From assembly GCA_000092065.1 (NCBI GenBank), contig CP000581.1: a stretch of 64,000 nucleotides of DNA. One strand, 5' to 3'. Below the pieces are notes generated by a model. That model was given only the letters and a program-made list of their open reading frames with translations. It searched no databases and had not been told where the DNA came from. Source of the stretch: Ostreococcus lucimarinus (taxonomy: Eukaryota). Of the stretch, positions 30,560 to 42,190 are shown piece by piece. The stretch's first letter is position 1, and the number at the start of each line of letters is the position of its first letter. Made by a program: the position numbers and the translations under genes.

Positions 30560-33500
30560 ATGACATCGGCGCCGCGTTTGAAAATTCGCGTCTGTCGCGC
30601 CGCGCCATCGCCCGACGCGCGCGCGACGGTGATGGCGCTCGCGCGCGAGCGTCACGGTGACTCGAGCGATGAGGACGCGTCGCCGAGCGCGAAGCGCGCC
30701 AAGGCGAGCGATGCGCGCTACGACGCGCGTGGGTACGTCCCGGGGGCGCTCATGCGGGTCACGATGCACAACTTCATGACGCATAAACACGCGACGTTCG
30801 AGCCTGGGCCGCGGTTGAACGTCGTGCTGGGACCGAATGGGACTGGGAAGAGCGCGTTCGTGTGCGCGGTGTGCGTTGGACTCGGTGGATCGCCGAAATT
30901 GCTCGGTAGAGCGGGATCGCTTGGAGATTTCGTCAAGCGCGGCGAGGAGAGCGCGTACACGGAGATCACGCTGCGGGGACGCGACGCGGCGAAACCGATC
31001 ATCATTCGACGAGATTTCAATAATCGCGCCGGTGGGGCGTCGACGTGGAAACTGAATGGGGAAACGGTGAAGCATGAACGAATTCAACAAGAGATGAAGG
31101 CGTTGCACATGCAGTTGGACAATTTGTGCTCCTTCTTGCCGCAAGACAGAGTGGTGGCGTTTTCGATGCTCAATCCGCAGGAGTTGCTGTTAGAGACGGA
31201 GAAGGCGATCGGAAACGCAGAGATGTACGAACAGCACGAAAAGTTGAAGAAGATGAAGGATGGGATTTTAGATTTAGAGCGGTCGGTGGATCAAAAGACG
31301 ATGCGCTTGGACAAGCTCGGGCGAGACAACGAAAAGTTAGAACGCGACGTCGAACGGCTTCAAACGCGTGAGAAATTACTCGACCAGGCCAAAGATATGT
31401 CTACTAAGATTCCTTGGCTACTTTATGATCGATGCGCGGTGGAGAGGCAGCAGATTATGGCGGCGTACAAGGCGGCAAAGGAAAAGGTGCAACAAGCCAA
31501 ACTCGAGCACGCAGAGAAACTTAAGGAATATCATGAGCTAGAAACGCCGTACAACGCCATGGTGGATAAGATTAAGGAAGGTCGTGACAATTACAAGGAT
31601 ACGAAGAGCACGCTGTCGAAGATGGATGCAAAATTTAACAAACTCGCGGGCAAGCACGACGCGCTGACTCGATCTCTGAAAAAGGCGCGCGACGAAGCCA
31701 ACTCTGCTAAGAAGAAGTTACAGAAGCGCGAGGATACGATCGCTCTGCTCAAGGCACAACTTAATGATGTGCCCGAAGTGCCTAGGGATATTGATCAACA
31801 ACGAGCGGAGTTGAGAACTCGCACGCAAGCGGTTCATAACGAAGTCAGAGGCACCGACGAGGCGCTTCGTAAGGCGCAACTTGAAAAGCGCCCGCTCGAT
31901 GACGAATTCCAACGTTTGAAGCGACAACACAATGCGCTCGAATCCGTGCGCGAGCAAAAGATCATGAGATTGTCGCAGCATCGCAATTTTGGTCGCATCA
32001 AGGAGGCAGATGACTGGGTACAAAAGAATAAACCGACGTTTCACGGTGAAGTGCTCGGCCCGCTCATCGCCGAGATCGAAGTGACGAATCCCACGCATGC
32101 CACGTATATCGAACAGCATCTTGGTCCGGCTGTTTTGGCGACGTATCTCGTCACCGATCGGCGCGATGAGCGTAGTGTGAACGACGCCATGAAGAACTTT
32201 CGAATCAACGTGTGGACGCCAAAGAACAACACGCAGCACGTGCCGGGCGTAGTGAGCCAAGAATTACGAGACGCGGGCGTGGTTAACACGCTGGATAATG
32301 TGTTCAAAGCTAAATCTATCGTTAAGCGGGCGCTGAGCGAAACGCACCAAATTACCAAAGTGCACGTGGGAGGCAACACGCTCGATTCGGCGACCATCGA
32401 ACGCCTATTCAGACAAAAGATATCCAGTCACATTTACTGCCCGAAAGGCGTGTACAGAGCAAACCGGTCTCGATACGACCCCAACGCGTTTTCCATGGGT
32501 CAAAACAGTATTCGACAGGGCCAGCTCTTCGGGCGCCAGACTGATGAAAACCTCACAGAGGTGAAGAACAAACTCGCCGAAGTCCAGAGAAAGCTCGTCG
32601 CTGTGAACGAAAAAGTGAGCGAACTCCAGAAGTTGCACAACGCCAAACAAGGCCAGCTCACGGAGTTACAAAGAGAGAAGAATAATTTGAATAGACTACA
32701 GCAACAACCAGAAACGAGGAAGAGGATGATTCAGACGCAGATTGCGCAACACACCGATTTGATGGCTCAAGACAAAGCGGCGGCAGACATTGCGAACATC
32801 GAGCGCAAGACTGCGGCTGAAAAGGCAAGCATATCGAAAGAGCGAGTGATGTGCGCGAGTGAGTTGTGCGACGTCGTCCTCTCCAGTCACGAGGCGTCGA
32901 TCTCGCTCACGTTGAAGGTTTTGCAGTCGGTCGAAAAGCAAGTGCAGATGACGAAACTGCAAGAGGCGCTGCAGGGTATTGAAGACAGAGTTATCAACAC
33001 AAAAGCCAAGCGTGACGATCTCAAAGCGCGCTTTCAAGCCGAAACTGAGCGCGCCGCGGCGTTGAAACGAGACGCCCTCGCCGTCACGGGCGACCTCACC
33101 GAGGAAATCAACAAGAAGTTCGAACAATGGCCGATTACTATCGAAGAGCTGGAATTCGACATCTCGCGACTTCAAGAGCAAGCGGATGCGATCTTGTGTC
33201 ACAATCCAGCGGTTTTGGATGAGTTTAATAAGCGTAAAGCCGAAATGGCGACGCTCACCAAGACGCTCGCGAGCGAAAAAGCCGAGCTTGCGGTGGAACA
33301 CGCGGCAATCACCTCGGTGAAGAATGAATGGTTGCCCAAGCTTCGAAAGATTGTGGCGAAAATCAGTGACGACTTCTCGCGGAATTTCGCCAACATCGGG
33401 TGTGCCGGACAGATTTCTCTCGCTGGTGACGGTTCCCGCGAGCACGACGGCTTTGGCGACGATTTTGCGAGCTATGCGCTGGAAATCCGAGTCAAGTTTC

Positions 33501-33862
33501 GCCCGAACGAGGACATGCACTTGCTCGACGCACACCGTCAATCAGGCGGTGAACGTTCGGTGACGACGATGCTGTACATGATCGCGTTGCAAGCGTCCAC
33601 GAGCGCCCCTTTCCGAGTCGTTGACGAGATCAATCAAGGTATGGATGCGCGAAACGAGCGCAAAGTGTTCAAGCGCATGGTCGAGGCGGCGAGCGCGCCC
33701 GGAACACCCCAATGTTTCGTCATCACACCCAAACTGCTCACGCAACTGGAGTACAGCGAAGATTGCACTGTGATGTGCATTTTCAACGGTCCGCACGTGC
33801 ACGAGATGGCGAAGAAGTGGCGCGAGATGCAAGCCGCCTTTGACTGCGTTCGAGCGCGATAG
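30560..33862 (+). CDS. SMC5: Structural maintenance of chromosomes protein 5 (SMC5).
   Basis: Walker A [24 protein letters not shown], long coiled coils, C-terminal signature [18 protein letters not shown]...[21 protein letters not shown] matching SMC5 (human QSGGEKSVSTMLYLMALQ...[21 protein letters not shown]). ATG at 30560; an alternative start is MALARE at 30632. Confidence 0.9.
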   Translation: [1100 protein letters not shown]

Positions 33863-33979
33863 CGATAGCAAAGAAACGCGAATTGTGAATTTATACAACC
33901 GACAGACACTCGCAAGCGCCTCATTCACGCACGACGGTCGTGACGGGCGCCGGTGAATCACGCGCGCACACTCGGCGCC

Positions 33980-34846
33980 ATGAGTCGCGAAGGCGATCCG
34001 AACGGCGCCTCGCGCGCGCCCCTGCGCGCGGTTTTCTTCGACTTTGACGACACACTCGCGGAAACCACCCTGGCCGATCGCGTCGCGTATCGCGAATGCG
34101 CGATTCGCATGGAGACCGTATACGGGCTGTCGAAAAAGCGACAAGATGAAGTGATCGCTGCGTACAAGCGGCGGCTCGCGGAGCGTCCCTGGAACGACGA
34201 GTTTGCGCACGTGTGGACGCACCGCGAGCGGCTGTGGGCGGAAGCGTTCGGCGACGACGACAGAGGGCTCGCAATGCGGCACGACGTGAACAGCACATTT
34301 AGGGACTGTCGCTTGGAACAGCTACGTTTAAACAGTTCTGTGTGCGGTGGCATCGAGAAGTTGCGCGCGAAGAATGTGCACGTCGTCATCATCACGAATG
34401 GCCACCACGTCGTGCAGCGAGAGAAGCTCGCCGCGTGCGGGATATACGAAGTAGTGAAGTTGGAAAACATCCTCGTCGGTGGCGAAGAAGTTCTCGCCGG
34501 TCGCGACGAGAAACCAGAGGCGTCCATCTTTCACGAGGCGTGCAAACGCGTCGACGTGGTACCAGACGAAGTTATGCACGTAGGCGACTCGTGGACCGCC
34601 GACATGGTCGGCGCCGAAAACGCTGGTCTGCGTTGGAGAGTGTGGGTGTCCCAACGTCCCGACGACGAGAAGTGCGAGAGCGAACAGGAACTGTCATCGT
34701 CGAAGCGAGCGAAAAAGGTCGACGCCGTTCCGCGCGTAGAAAACATCAAAGAATTTTTCGAGCTCCTGGACGAGTGGTTGGACGAAGACGGCACGCTGCC
34801 CGCATCCAACATTCTCTTGAAGACGCGGAGCCGTAGCGAGCGTTAG
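33980..34846 (+). CDS. HAD-superfamily hydrolase (subfamily IA-like).
   Basis: Motif I FFDFDDTL, ITNG, KPE..IF, VGDSWTADMVGAENAG. ATG at 33980; the ORF-track start at 33953 is GTG. Confidence 0.8.
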   Translation: MSREGDPNGASRAPLRAVFFDFDDTLAETTLADRVAYRECAIRMETVYGLSKKRQDEVIAAYKRRLAERPWNDEFAHVWTHRERLWAEAFGDDDRGLAMRHDVNSTFRDCRLEQLRLNSSVCGGIEKLRAKNVHVVIITNGHHVVQREKLAACGIYEVVKLENILVGGEEVLAGRDEKPEASIFHEACKRVDVVPDEVMHVGDSWTADMVGAENAGLRWRVWVSQRPDDEKCESEQELSSSKRAKKVDAVPRVENIKEFFELLDEWLDEDGTLPASNILLKTRSRSER

Positions 34847-34993
34847 CGAACGTGTTGAATAGAAGTGTAGAGGTAAATTAGAGCGAAGTGTGTTGTGTCG
34901 TTCTTTCGATTCGATCTGATTCGATTACTACAGCGCTAAAGATTAAGTTTATAGTGTACAGAGCGTATCCTACGTCGGCGACTCAACCGTCGC

Positions 34994-35311
<318 letters not shown>

Positions 35312-35440
35312 TTATGAAATACGACGAGTCGATTTGTGACGACGCGCGCGCGCGTCGAGGCGCACAAACGCGAGTTCGCGTGAGTCGTTTTTCAGATCGC
35401 GGTCGGTCGGATTTCACACTGTTTACGCATATGGAAGTGA

Positions 35441-35551
<111 letters not shown>

Positions 35552-35875
35552 GCGTTTTTCAAACGCTCCGCGGAATCAAACTCAAAATCAAAAAACCAAA
35601 AACAACAAACAATTGGTGTTCATTTCAACACCACCACTCCAAGAAAGATTCTCAACACTAAATCCAAACACTCCACTCGCGCGTCGCTTCGACGACGACC
35701 TCGTCGTCGCTCACTTTCGCGCGTGAATCGCCGTTGCAATTCGCTCGTATGCGTAAGCAGTACGACGCCTAATAATTAGGCGAATTAGGCCCTAATTCGG
35801 GACGTACGCTGACGTGGCAACGCGTACTGGCGTAATCGTTACACGGTGACGGCGACGACGGCGACGACGGCGACG

Positions 35876-36967
35876 ATGCCGTGCGGAACGAACGCGAATG
35901 ATTTAACTCGAGATAAATTCTCGAGCGTGCGAAAGAACCAAGAGACGGCGACCAGGTTCGGTGTGTTTTTGTCCACGATCGTCGTGCCGATTCTGCTCTT
36001 GTTGTACTCGGCGCTTTGGTTCACGCAATTTTACGTCGGACTCGGCCCGGATTCGCCGCCGCTGAATAAGGTGATCACCACGGAGCAGTTGCAGTACGGC
36101 CAAAAGATCTTCCCGCTGGCGCTGACGTGTAATCACCGGGATGGATGTTACTTTCGGTTGACGGGGGCGGACGCGTGCGCGTCGGGCACGGTGGCGGGCG
36201 GCGCCGGGCCGAACAATGGATTCTGCTCTGATCCGACCTTACTACCCGTCGCCAGTGGTGGAGCATCTACGCCTGCGTCGTGCGGCGTGGGTAGCCAGTG
36301 TAACACCGCCGCAGCGGCGAACGCGTGCGGCACGGCCAACGGGCCGTGCTGTCGAAAGGCCACCTGCGACACCGAACTCTCCTCCGCGCAAGGCGTGTGC
36401 GCGTTCTCGCCGCCGGGCGCCGATCCCACCGACGCGCTCACCGTAGCGTGGGCGTATAAGTCTGGATGCTCTGGTGCGTGTAATTTCGGCGTCACACTCG
36501 TCACCGATTACATCGATTCCAACGGCGATGTTGCGCAAAAGGAAGTCAAGGTGCATCGAGGCATCGCGTTGATGAATCTCATCGAGCACGACGATCCGAA
36601 AATGTCCTGGTCCAAGAGTCATCCCAATTATGCCGCCAATAAGAAAAAAACCACCATGTACGAGTGGTCGATCACAATGGTGGACGTCGAAGGTACCGTC
36701 GACGCCGTCTCAAACCTCTGCATGAACCAGATGCGCGCCGACAATCTCGTGACGTCGGGGGGAACAGTCTACGCTCGACGCGTAAAGCTCGTTCCGGCTG
36801 CAACGTACACGAAAATGTCAACGGCGTATCCGAGTCCGGGATTGGCGTACTTATCAGCCATCGGGGGTATCTCCAGCACCATCATGGCCGTCCTCGCGTA
36901 CGTCCACGCGTTCCATCTCAAGTTTTTAAATCGCGCGGCGTCGTCCGCGCCTCAAGCAGCGCCTTAA
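35876..36967 (+). CDS. Hypothetical Cys-rich membrane protein with N- and C-terminal TM segments.
   Basis: ATG at 35876 (the ORF-track start is GTG). Hydrophobic FGVFLSTIVVPILLLLYSALWF, Cys-rich Gly/Ala ectodomain, C-terminal LAYLSAIGGISSTIMAVLAYV. Confidence 0.5.
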   Translation: MPCGTNANDLTRDKFSSVRKNQETATRFGVFLSTIVVPILLLLYSALWFTQFYVGLGPDSPPLNKVITTEQLQYGQKIFPLALTCNHRDGCYFRLTGADACASGTVAGGAGPNNGFCSDPTLLPVASGGASTPASCGVGSQCNTAAAANACGTANGPCCRKATCDTELSSAQGVCAFSPPGADPTDALTVAWAYKSGCSGACNFGVTLVTDYIDSNGDVAQKEVKVHRGIALMNLIEHDDPKMSWSKSHPNYAANKKKTTMYEWSITMVDVEGTVDAVSNLCMNQMRADNLVTSGGTVYARRVKLVPAATYTKMSTAYPSPGLAYLSAIGGISSTIMAVLAYVHAFHLKFLNRAASSAPQAAP

Positions 36968-37276
36968 AGCAGTCACGCGTTGACGTCGTGCATCATCGCG
37001 TTGTTTATAATATATCTGGACGATGTGGCCGCTCGGGTCGTCCAGCATTTACTCGTTTCGTCGCCACCCGACGCGAGCGTTGTTAACTTTCGTCGCGCGC
37101 GACCCATAACATTGCCGCGACGAAACGTTCGAAACGGGGTGCCCGTCCTTAGCCCGACGAAGGACAACGTCATGGTGTTAACGAACCGCGTCAACGAATT
37201 TTTTGCCGCGCGTGCCCGTGCGACCTCGTGACGACGAACTCGCACTCGTTCGTTCGTCGTCGACCGTCGACACACC

Positions 37277-38986
37277 ATGATGACCTCGGTTCGCGACACG
37301 GCGGCGACGACGCGACGGCTCGCGTCGTCTTTTTCGACCACCGACGTCGCGGACGCGATCAAAACGCTCGTCGCGCGCGAGGACGCGGACGAAGAGGAGG
37401 ATTTCGGGTCAATCGCGGATGTCGGTTCATCTCGCTGGCGACGACGACGACTCGCGATACATCGCCTGCGCGCGCGCGCGTTCGAGGATGCGCGCGATGA
37501 GGAGGAGCATGGAAACGGCGATGACTCGATTCGTCGTCCGTCGACGGCGACGGCGTTGGTGCGGTCGAGCGAGCTCATGGAGACGCTCGTGGTGGAGCTC
37601 GCGCGAGCGGAGACGTGGCGGGACGAGTGCGCGCCGAGGATGCGAGCGATGTCAACGCCGAGTTCGATGACGACGACGTCTTATGCGATTTATCTTGTGC
37701 GTTATCACGAATCCGTGGTGTGTAATTTGTTCGAGCTCGTGTTGAGTGGGTGCTCGACTTCGGCGTTGGACGAAGTCGAGGACGACGTCGCGGCGGAGCT
37801 CGCGGATTATTGCTTGAGACGCATCGTTTGGCTATCTGCGCGCGAGGGAGGCGAAAAGAGCGATGATGATGACGATAGTGCCTCGACGACGCCAGATTTT
37901 ACGCTCTCCATGTCCGCGTTGGCCATCGCTCGATGTCTCGCGGCGTCGCCACGGCTATTGGGTCAAACGAGGCGGGACGCGCTTGCCGAGGCGCTGGCGC
38001 CACTTCTCGACTCCAAGCCTTGGATTCAGCGAGAGCGGCACAACTCGAGCATTATCAAAGTCTACGTTGACGGTTCGTGGACGGAGGATATCTCCGAGTG
38101 GGACGCCAACACGCGAGTGCAGAAATGCGAGGCGCAGGTGTGGTTGGCGCTTCGTTCGCTCCTGTGCGACCCCGCGTTTGCGTGGGATGAAACCCGCAAG
38201 TCTTTGGCAGCGCGCGTGCGCAAACACTTGAACGAGTCGACGATTGATCAGATTCCCGTGTTGCGGGATTTAAAGCACGTGCTCGACGAAGTCATGGTGC
38301 GAAATTTGGACGGCGTCCACGTTGCGTCTCGCTTGGCCATCGAAATCGTTCCCAAGTATCGGCGCGCGCTAACGCAAAACGGATCGGCTGAGTACTACGA
38401 AAGCGTCGCGGCCATTATGCTTCGCGAACGATTCGATGCGATTTTCATGGCGTCCATCGCAGAAGACATCTTGTCCACGTGTGAGATGACGACGGACGTT
38501 GCGGCGAAGACGACGTCGGCGGCGCCTTCGTCTTCGAGCGGCGACGAAGCGCCGGTGAAGATTGACATCTTACGCGAACGCAAAACCCTCGACAGCGCTT
38601 CGACGTCGTTCGACACCGTCCACGTATTCGAGTACGACTTCGCCAAAGATCGCGCACCGAACGAAGTACGCGCGAAAACTTCGCACACTCGAGGCTTGCG
38701 CCGCGCGCTCGCCAGCCGCTCGTCAAACGACGGTGCCGAAGTCGAGTTACCGTGCGCATTCGACGGTAAGATCCGCGTCAATTTCGACGCCCGCACGATC
38801 ACCGCCCCCCTCACGCTTCGTCGAAGCGCGACGACTGAAGACAAACCGTCGGTATGGATCACCGTCGGCGCGCTCGCCGTCGACGGCTTCGCCGCGCAGC
38901 TCCGGCTCGATCGCTCTCCTCGCGGCGGCGACGCCTACGTCGTTCGCGACGTCCATCTCACCATCGCCGTCACCGCCGCGTCGTGA
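37277..38986 (+). CDS. Hypothetical protein (569 aa).
   Basis: ATG verified. Coding-like composition. No family recognised. Confidence 0.5.
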   Translation: MMTSVRDTAATTRRLASSFSTTDVADAIKTLVAREDADEEEDFGSIADVGSSRWRRRRLAIHRLRARAFEDARDEEEHGNGDDSIRRPSTATALVRSSELMETLVVELARAETWRDECAPRMRAMSTPSSMTTTSYAIYLVRYHESVVCNLFELVLSGCSTSALDEVEDDVAAELADYCLRRIVWLSAREGGEKSDDDDDSASTTPDFTLSMSALAIARCLAASPRLLGQTRRDALAEALAPLLDSKPWIQRERHNSSIIKVYVDGSWTEDISEWDANTRVQKCEAQVWLALRSLLCDPAFAWDETRKSLAARVRKHLNESTIDQIPVLRDLKHVLDEVMVRNLDGVHVASRLAIEIVPKYRRALTQNGSAEYYESVAAIMLRERFDAIFMASIAEDILSTCEMTTDVAAKTTSAAPSSSSGDEAPVKIDILRERKTLDSASTSFDTVHVFEYDFAKDRAPNEVRAKTSHTRGLRRALASRSSNDGAEVELPCAFDGKIRVNFDARTITAPLTLRRSATTEDKPSVWITVGALAVDGFAAQLRLDRSPRGGDAYVVRDVHLTIAVTAAS

Positions 38987-39169
38987 TCACCGCGCATCGC
39001 GTCCTCATTTATCGATTCTTTTAATCACACGCGCCCCCCGCGCCGCGTCTCGCGTCTTTCCGCGTCATTCGTTCGTCGCGTTCGCGCTCGCGGCTCGCCG
39101 CCGACCCGACGACCCTCCAGCGCGCGCGTCCCTCACACTCCACCTCGCGTTCGAAGCTTCAGCCTCGCG

Positions 39170-39859
39170 ATGCCGTCCAAGCGCGCGAACGCGCGACGCG
39201 CGGTCACCACCATCGCCGCGTCCATCGCCATCGCCGGTCTCGTCGCGTGCGCGGACGCCAAGCCGAGCAAACCGATCGCGCGCGCGGTGAAATCTGACGT
39301 CAAGTTCATCAAGTGTGAAGTGTGCGAACACCTCGCGGACGCCGTGACGCAGGAGTACGCCGCGCTGCGCGAGGAAACGCCGGAGAAGAAACTCACGGAG
39401 ACGATGGTGATCGAAAAGATTGAAAAAATGTGCGACCCGAGCGCGAAGGAGGGCGATTGGATCATCACGAAGGACTTGCAAGAGAAGGGCTCGAGGTTGC
39501 GCGTGGTGGACATGGGTAAAGAAAACTACGGAGAGTGCGGAAAGGAGTGTAAGACGATCGTGAAGGCGTGTGAGGACATTCTTGGACCGCGGGATACGGA
39601 CGTGGGTGAGTTTTTGTACACGTCGAACGCGGGCGACTTGAGAGGGGCGCTGCGCGAGTGGTTGTGCGAGGAGGAGACAAACTCGTGCGGAGGCAAGATA
39701 CCGCCGTTGCCGAGCGATCGGCCGAAGGGAGAGAAGTTCAAGAAGAGAGACAAGAAGGATGTCGAAATGGAGCGATTGATGGCGGGAATGAAGGGTATGC
39801 CGGGCATGGGCGGCGCGCAAATGTTCAGCCGCGATCAGATGATGGGCGGCATGGGCATG

Positions 39860-39890
<31 letters not shown>

Positions 39891-40105
39891 AGTCCCCGTT
39901 CGCTGGTGCGTTCGACAGCGGCGAGTCCAAAGGGGCTGTCGCCAACGTGGCCGAAAAACTGGGCGATTTGAAGGATAAGGCTGCGTCCACGGCGAAGAAC
40001 GCATGGAACAAGGCCAAGGGCTTCTTGTCCCGCTCTTCGCGCGCTGAGGACGAGGATTTCACCGACGATTTCACCGCCGAAGAGCTCGCTCGTGAAGAAC
40101 TTTGA
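39170..40105 (+). CDS. Secretory-pathway Cys-rich protein, saposin-like / Canopy (DUF3456)-like, with a Met/Gly-rich and poly-Asp region and a C-terminal REEL.
   Basis: Signal-peptide-like MPSKRANARRAVTTIAASIAIAGLVACADA. Paired Cys KCEVCEHL...CDPSAKEGDWI...CGKECKTIVKACED...C..C. Ends AREEL, resembling an ER-retrieval variant. ATG verified. Confidence 0.55.
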
Positions 40106-40183
40106 TGACACACGCTTAATATTACATCACGAACTATTTTTTATGCTATTTCGTTTCGTCTCGATGCGCTGCATAATGAGAGA

Positions 40184-42190
40184 TTACGCGTCGGAATCGT
40201 CATCGGAACCACTTTCGTTGTCGGAATCGGCGGCATCCAAATCTTGCTTGTACATGAGCGCTTCGTTCTCTGGGCGCGGCGGTGCCACAGAGAGTTCTTT
40301 CACCTCTTGTGGCTTGGTGCATGAACGCAAGTCACCGTTACCGAGCTGTCCCCAGTCGCCGCGTCCCCACAAGTACAAGCTACTTTCGCCCTTTTCCGCG
40401 CTCTCCACGACGGCTCCGGTGTGGTTGTGACCGGCGGAGACGGTGGTGACTGTCTTCCCACGCAACGCTTCGACGCGAGTGAAGACGTAGGTTGAGGTTT
40501 TGTCGCCGTGTCCGAGCTGACCGTACGAGTTTTCACCCGTCGTAAAGACGCCGCCGCACGAAGTGAGTACGCACGAGTGCGTCGCGCCCGCGGCGGCGAC
40601 GGCGACTCGACATCGTGTACCACACGAGCACTTCTGCACGCGATTTTCCATAATAGAACCATCGGCTCGACGAACAAAGTGGTGAATGTTCACCGCGTCG
40701 GGTGATAATCGATTCGCGCAGACCTTACGCTCTTTCGGATGAGGCCATCCGCCGGTGTACGTGGATCTACCGACACCCAGCGCGCCGTGCTTTCCGCGAC
40801 CGCAAACGTACATGCGGCCGCCAGTGGTGACAAAGATGGAATGCGCGCCGCCGGCGGACATGCTCGCCACGGGTTCATCCATGTCGTTGAGCGATTCAAC
40901 GAGACATGGCCACGGTACGCCGTTGTTCCATCCAGCCGCGGCGGCAAACGTGAGATCGCCCAAACCAAGCTGTCCGTATCTGCAATCACCCCACGACCAA
41001 ACGTTACCGTCGGAAGTGATGCAAATGCTATGCGCACCACCTGCAACTGCGCTTACCACGCGCATCCCGCGTAAGGCTGCGATGCGAGCGAACGGCGCGC
41101 CGTCGCGAAAAGTTCCGAGACCGAGTTGCCCCGAACGTCCACGGCCGCATGCAAACAAACGACCCGCGCGATCGACGGCGAGCGTGTGGTTGAACCCAGT
41201 GGCGATTTGCGTGATCTTGTCTTCAGCGCTACGCACTGTGACAAAACGCGGCACGTTTACCTCGATCGGAGTCGTTCCAACATGCCCGAGCTCGCCCGAG
41301 CTCGCGAGCCCCCACGTGACGATTGTGCCATCTCTGGACAGCACCACGTTGTGCGAGCCGCCGAGAGAGATGGAGTCGACGCCTTTGAAATCGTTCCTCG
41401 AGTCCAAGAAAAAGCCTTCTACCCGACCGATATCCAAGGCTTTATCGTTCAGATTCAATTGCGTTGGCACCGCGCGCGTTTCGAACGAACCGTCGCCAAT
41501 TTGCCCGTGGAAACCGCGCCCGAAGGTTGAAACCACCATCCCGGTGGTGTCGCTCTCGTTCCCGGTCACGCACGCGGTGTGAAACTGCCCCAGCGACACG
41601 TTCCCAGCCGCGCGTTCCGCGCGTTCGCTGAACGTACAGTGATGCCAAGCTTTTAGATACGAATCCCGTTTCGTGAGCATCAACGCCGTCGCGCGCGGCA
41701 CGAACTCCATCCTCGCCCCCGCCACGCGTTCCACGATTCCGCTCGCGTTAAAATACGTGCACGTCGACGCCACGCGCGCCAAGTCCTTCACGTCAAGATT
41801 CAACAGCACGAGCTCCAACACTTCCGTTGGCAATTTTCCCAAATTCCCAATCTCCCACTCCCCCCCCGTCGCCCGTCGTCGCTTCGCGTTTCGTTCCGTC
41901 GAAGCGACGCCCTGAAACCCCTCCCGCGCGCTCGTCATCGAGCTCAACCGTCGTTTCTCGTTCGGCGTCGGCGACATCTGGTACCTCACCGCGCTCATCG
42001 CCGTTGCCGTTTGTTCTGCATCGCGAGCGCGCGTCGTCAGTCGTTCATCGCCTCGCATCGATTCTCGTCTCCCGTCGTCGCGTCTTCGCGTCTTCGCGTC
42101 TTCGCGCACCGTGTCCATCCGTCGCCTTCCGTTCCCCCCCCGCGCCCTGAACGCTCCCTCGGCGACGTCCATCGACGCTCTCGCTTCCAT
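40184..42190 (-). CDS. F-box plus RCC1-repeat protein.
   Basis: F-box LPTEVLELVLLNLDVKDLARVASTCTYF, then seven RCC1-like repeats (GRGFHGQIGDG, SGELGH, GRGRSGQLGLG, CRYGQLGLGD, GRGKHGALGVG, NSYGQLGHGD, GDWGQLGNGD). ATG at 42190. Confidence 0.8.
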   Translation of the reverse strand: MEARASMDVAEGAFRARGGNGRRRMDTVREDAKTRRRDDGRRESMRGDERLTTRARDAEQTATAMSAVRYQMSPTPNEKRRLSSMTSAREGFQGVASTERNAKRRRATGGEWEIGNLGKLPTEVLELVLLNLDVKDLARVASTCTYFNASGIVERVAGARMEFVPRATALMLTKRDSYLKAWHHCTFSERAERAAGNVSLGQFHTACVTGNESDTTGMVVSTFGRGFHGQIGDGSFETRAVPTQLNLNDKALDIGRVEGFFLDSRNDFKGVDSISLGGSHNVVLSRDGTIVTWGLASSGELGHVGTTPIEVNVPRFVTVRSAEDKITQIATGFNHTLAVDRAGRLFACGRGRSGQLGLGTFRDGAPFARIAALRGMRVVSAVAGGAHSICITSDGNVWSWGDCRYGQLGLGDLTFAAAAGWNNGVPWPCLVESLNDMDEPVASMSAGGAHSIFVTTGGRMYVCGRGKHGALGVGRSTYTGGWPHPKERKVCANRLSPDAVNIHHFVRRADGSIMENRVQKCSCGTRCRVAVAAAGATHSCVLTSCGGVFTTGENSYGQLGHGDKTSTYVFTRVEALRGKTVTTVSAGHNHTGAVVESAEKGESSLYLWGRGDWGQLGNGDLRSCTKPQEVKELSVAPPRPENEALMYKQDLDAADSDNESGSDDDSDA

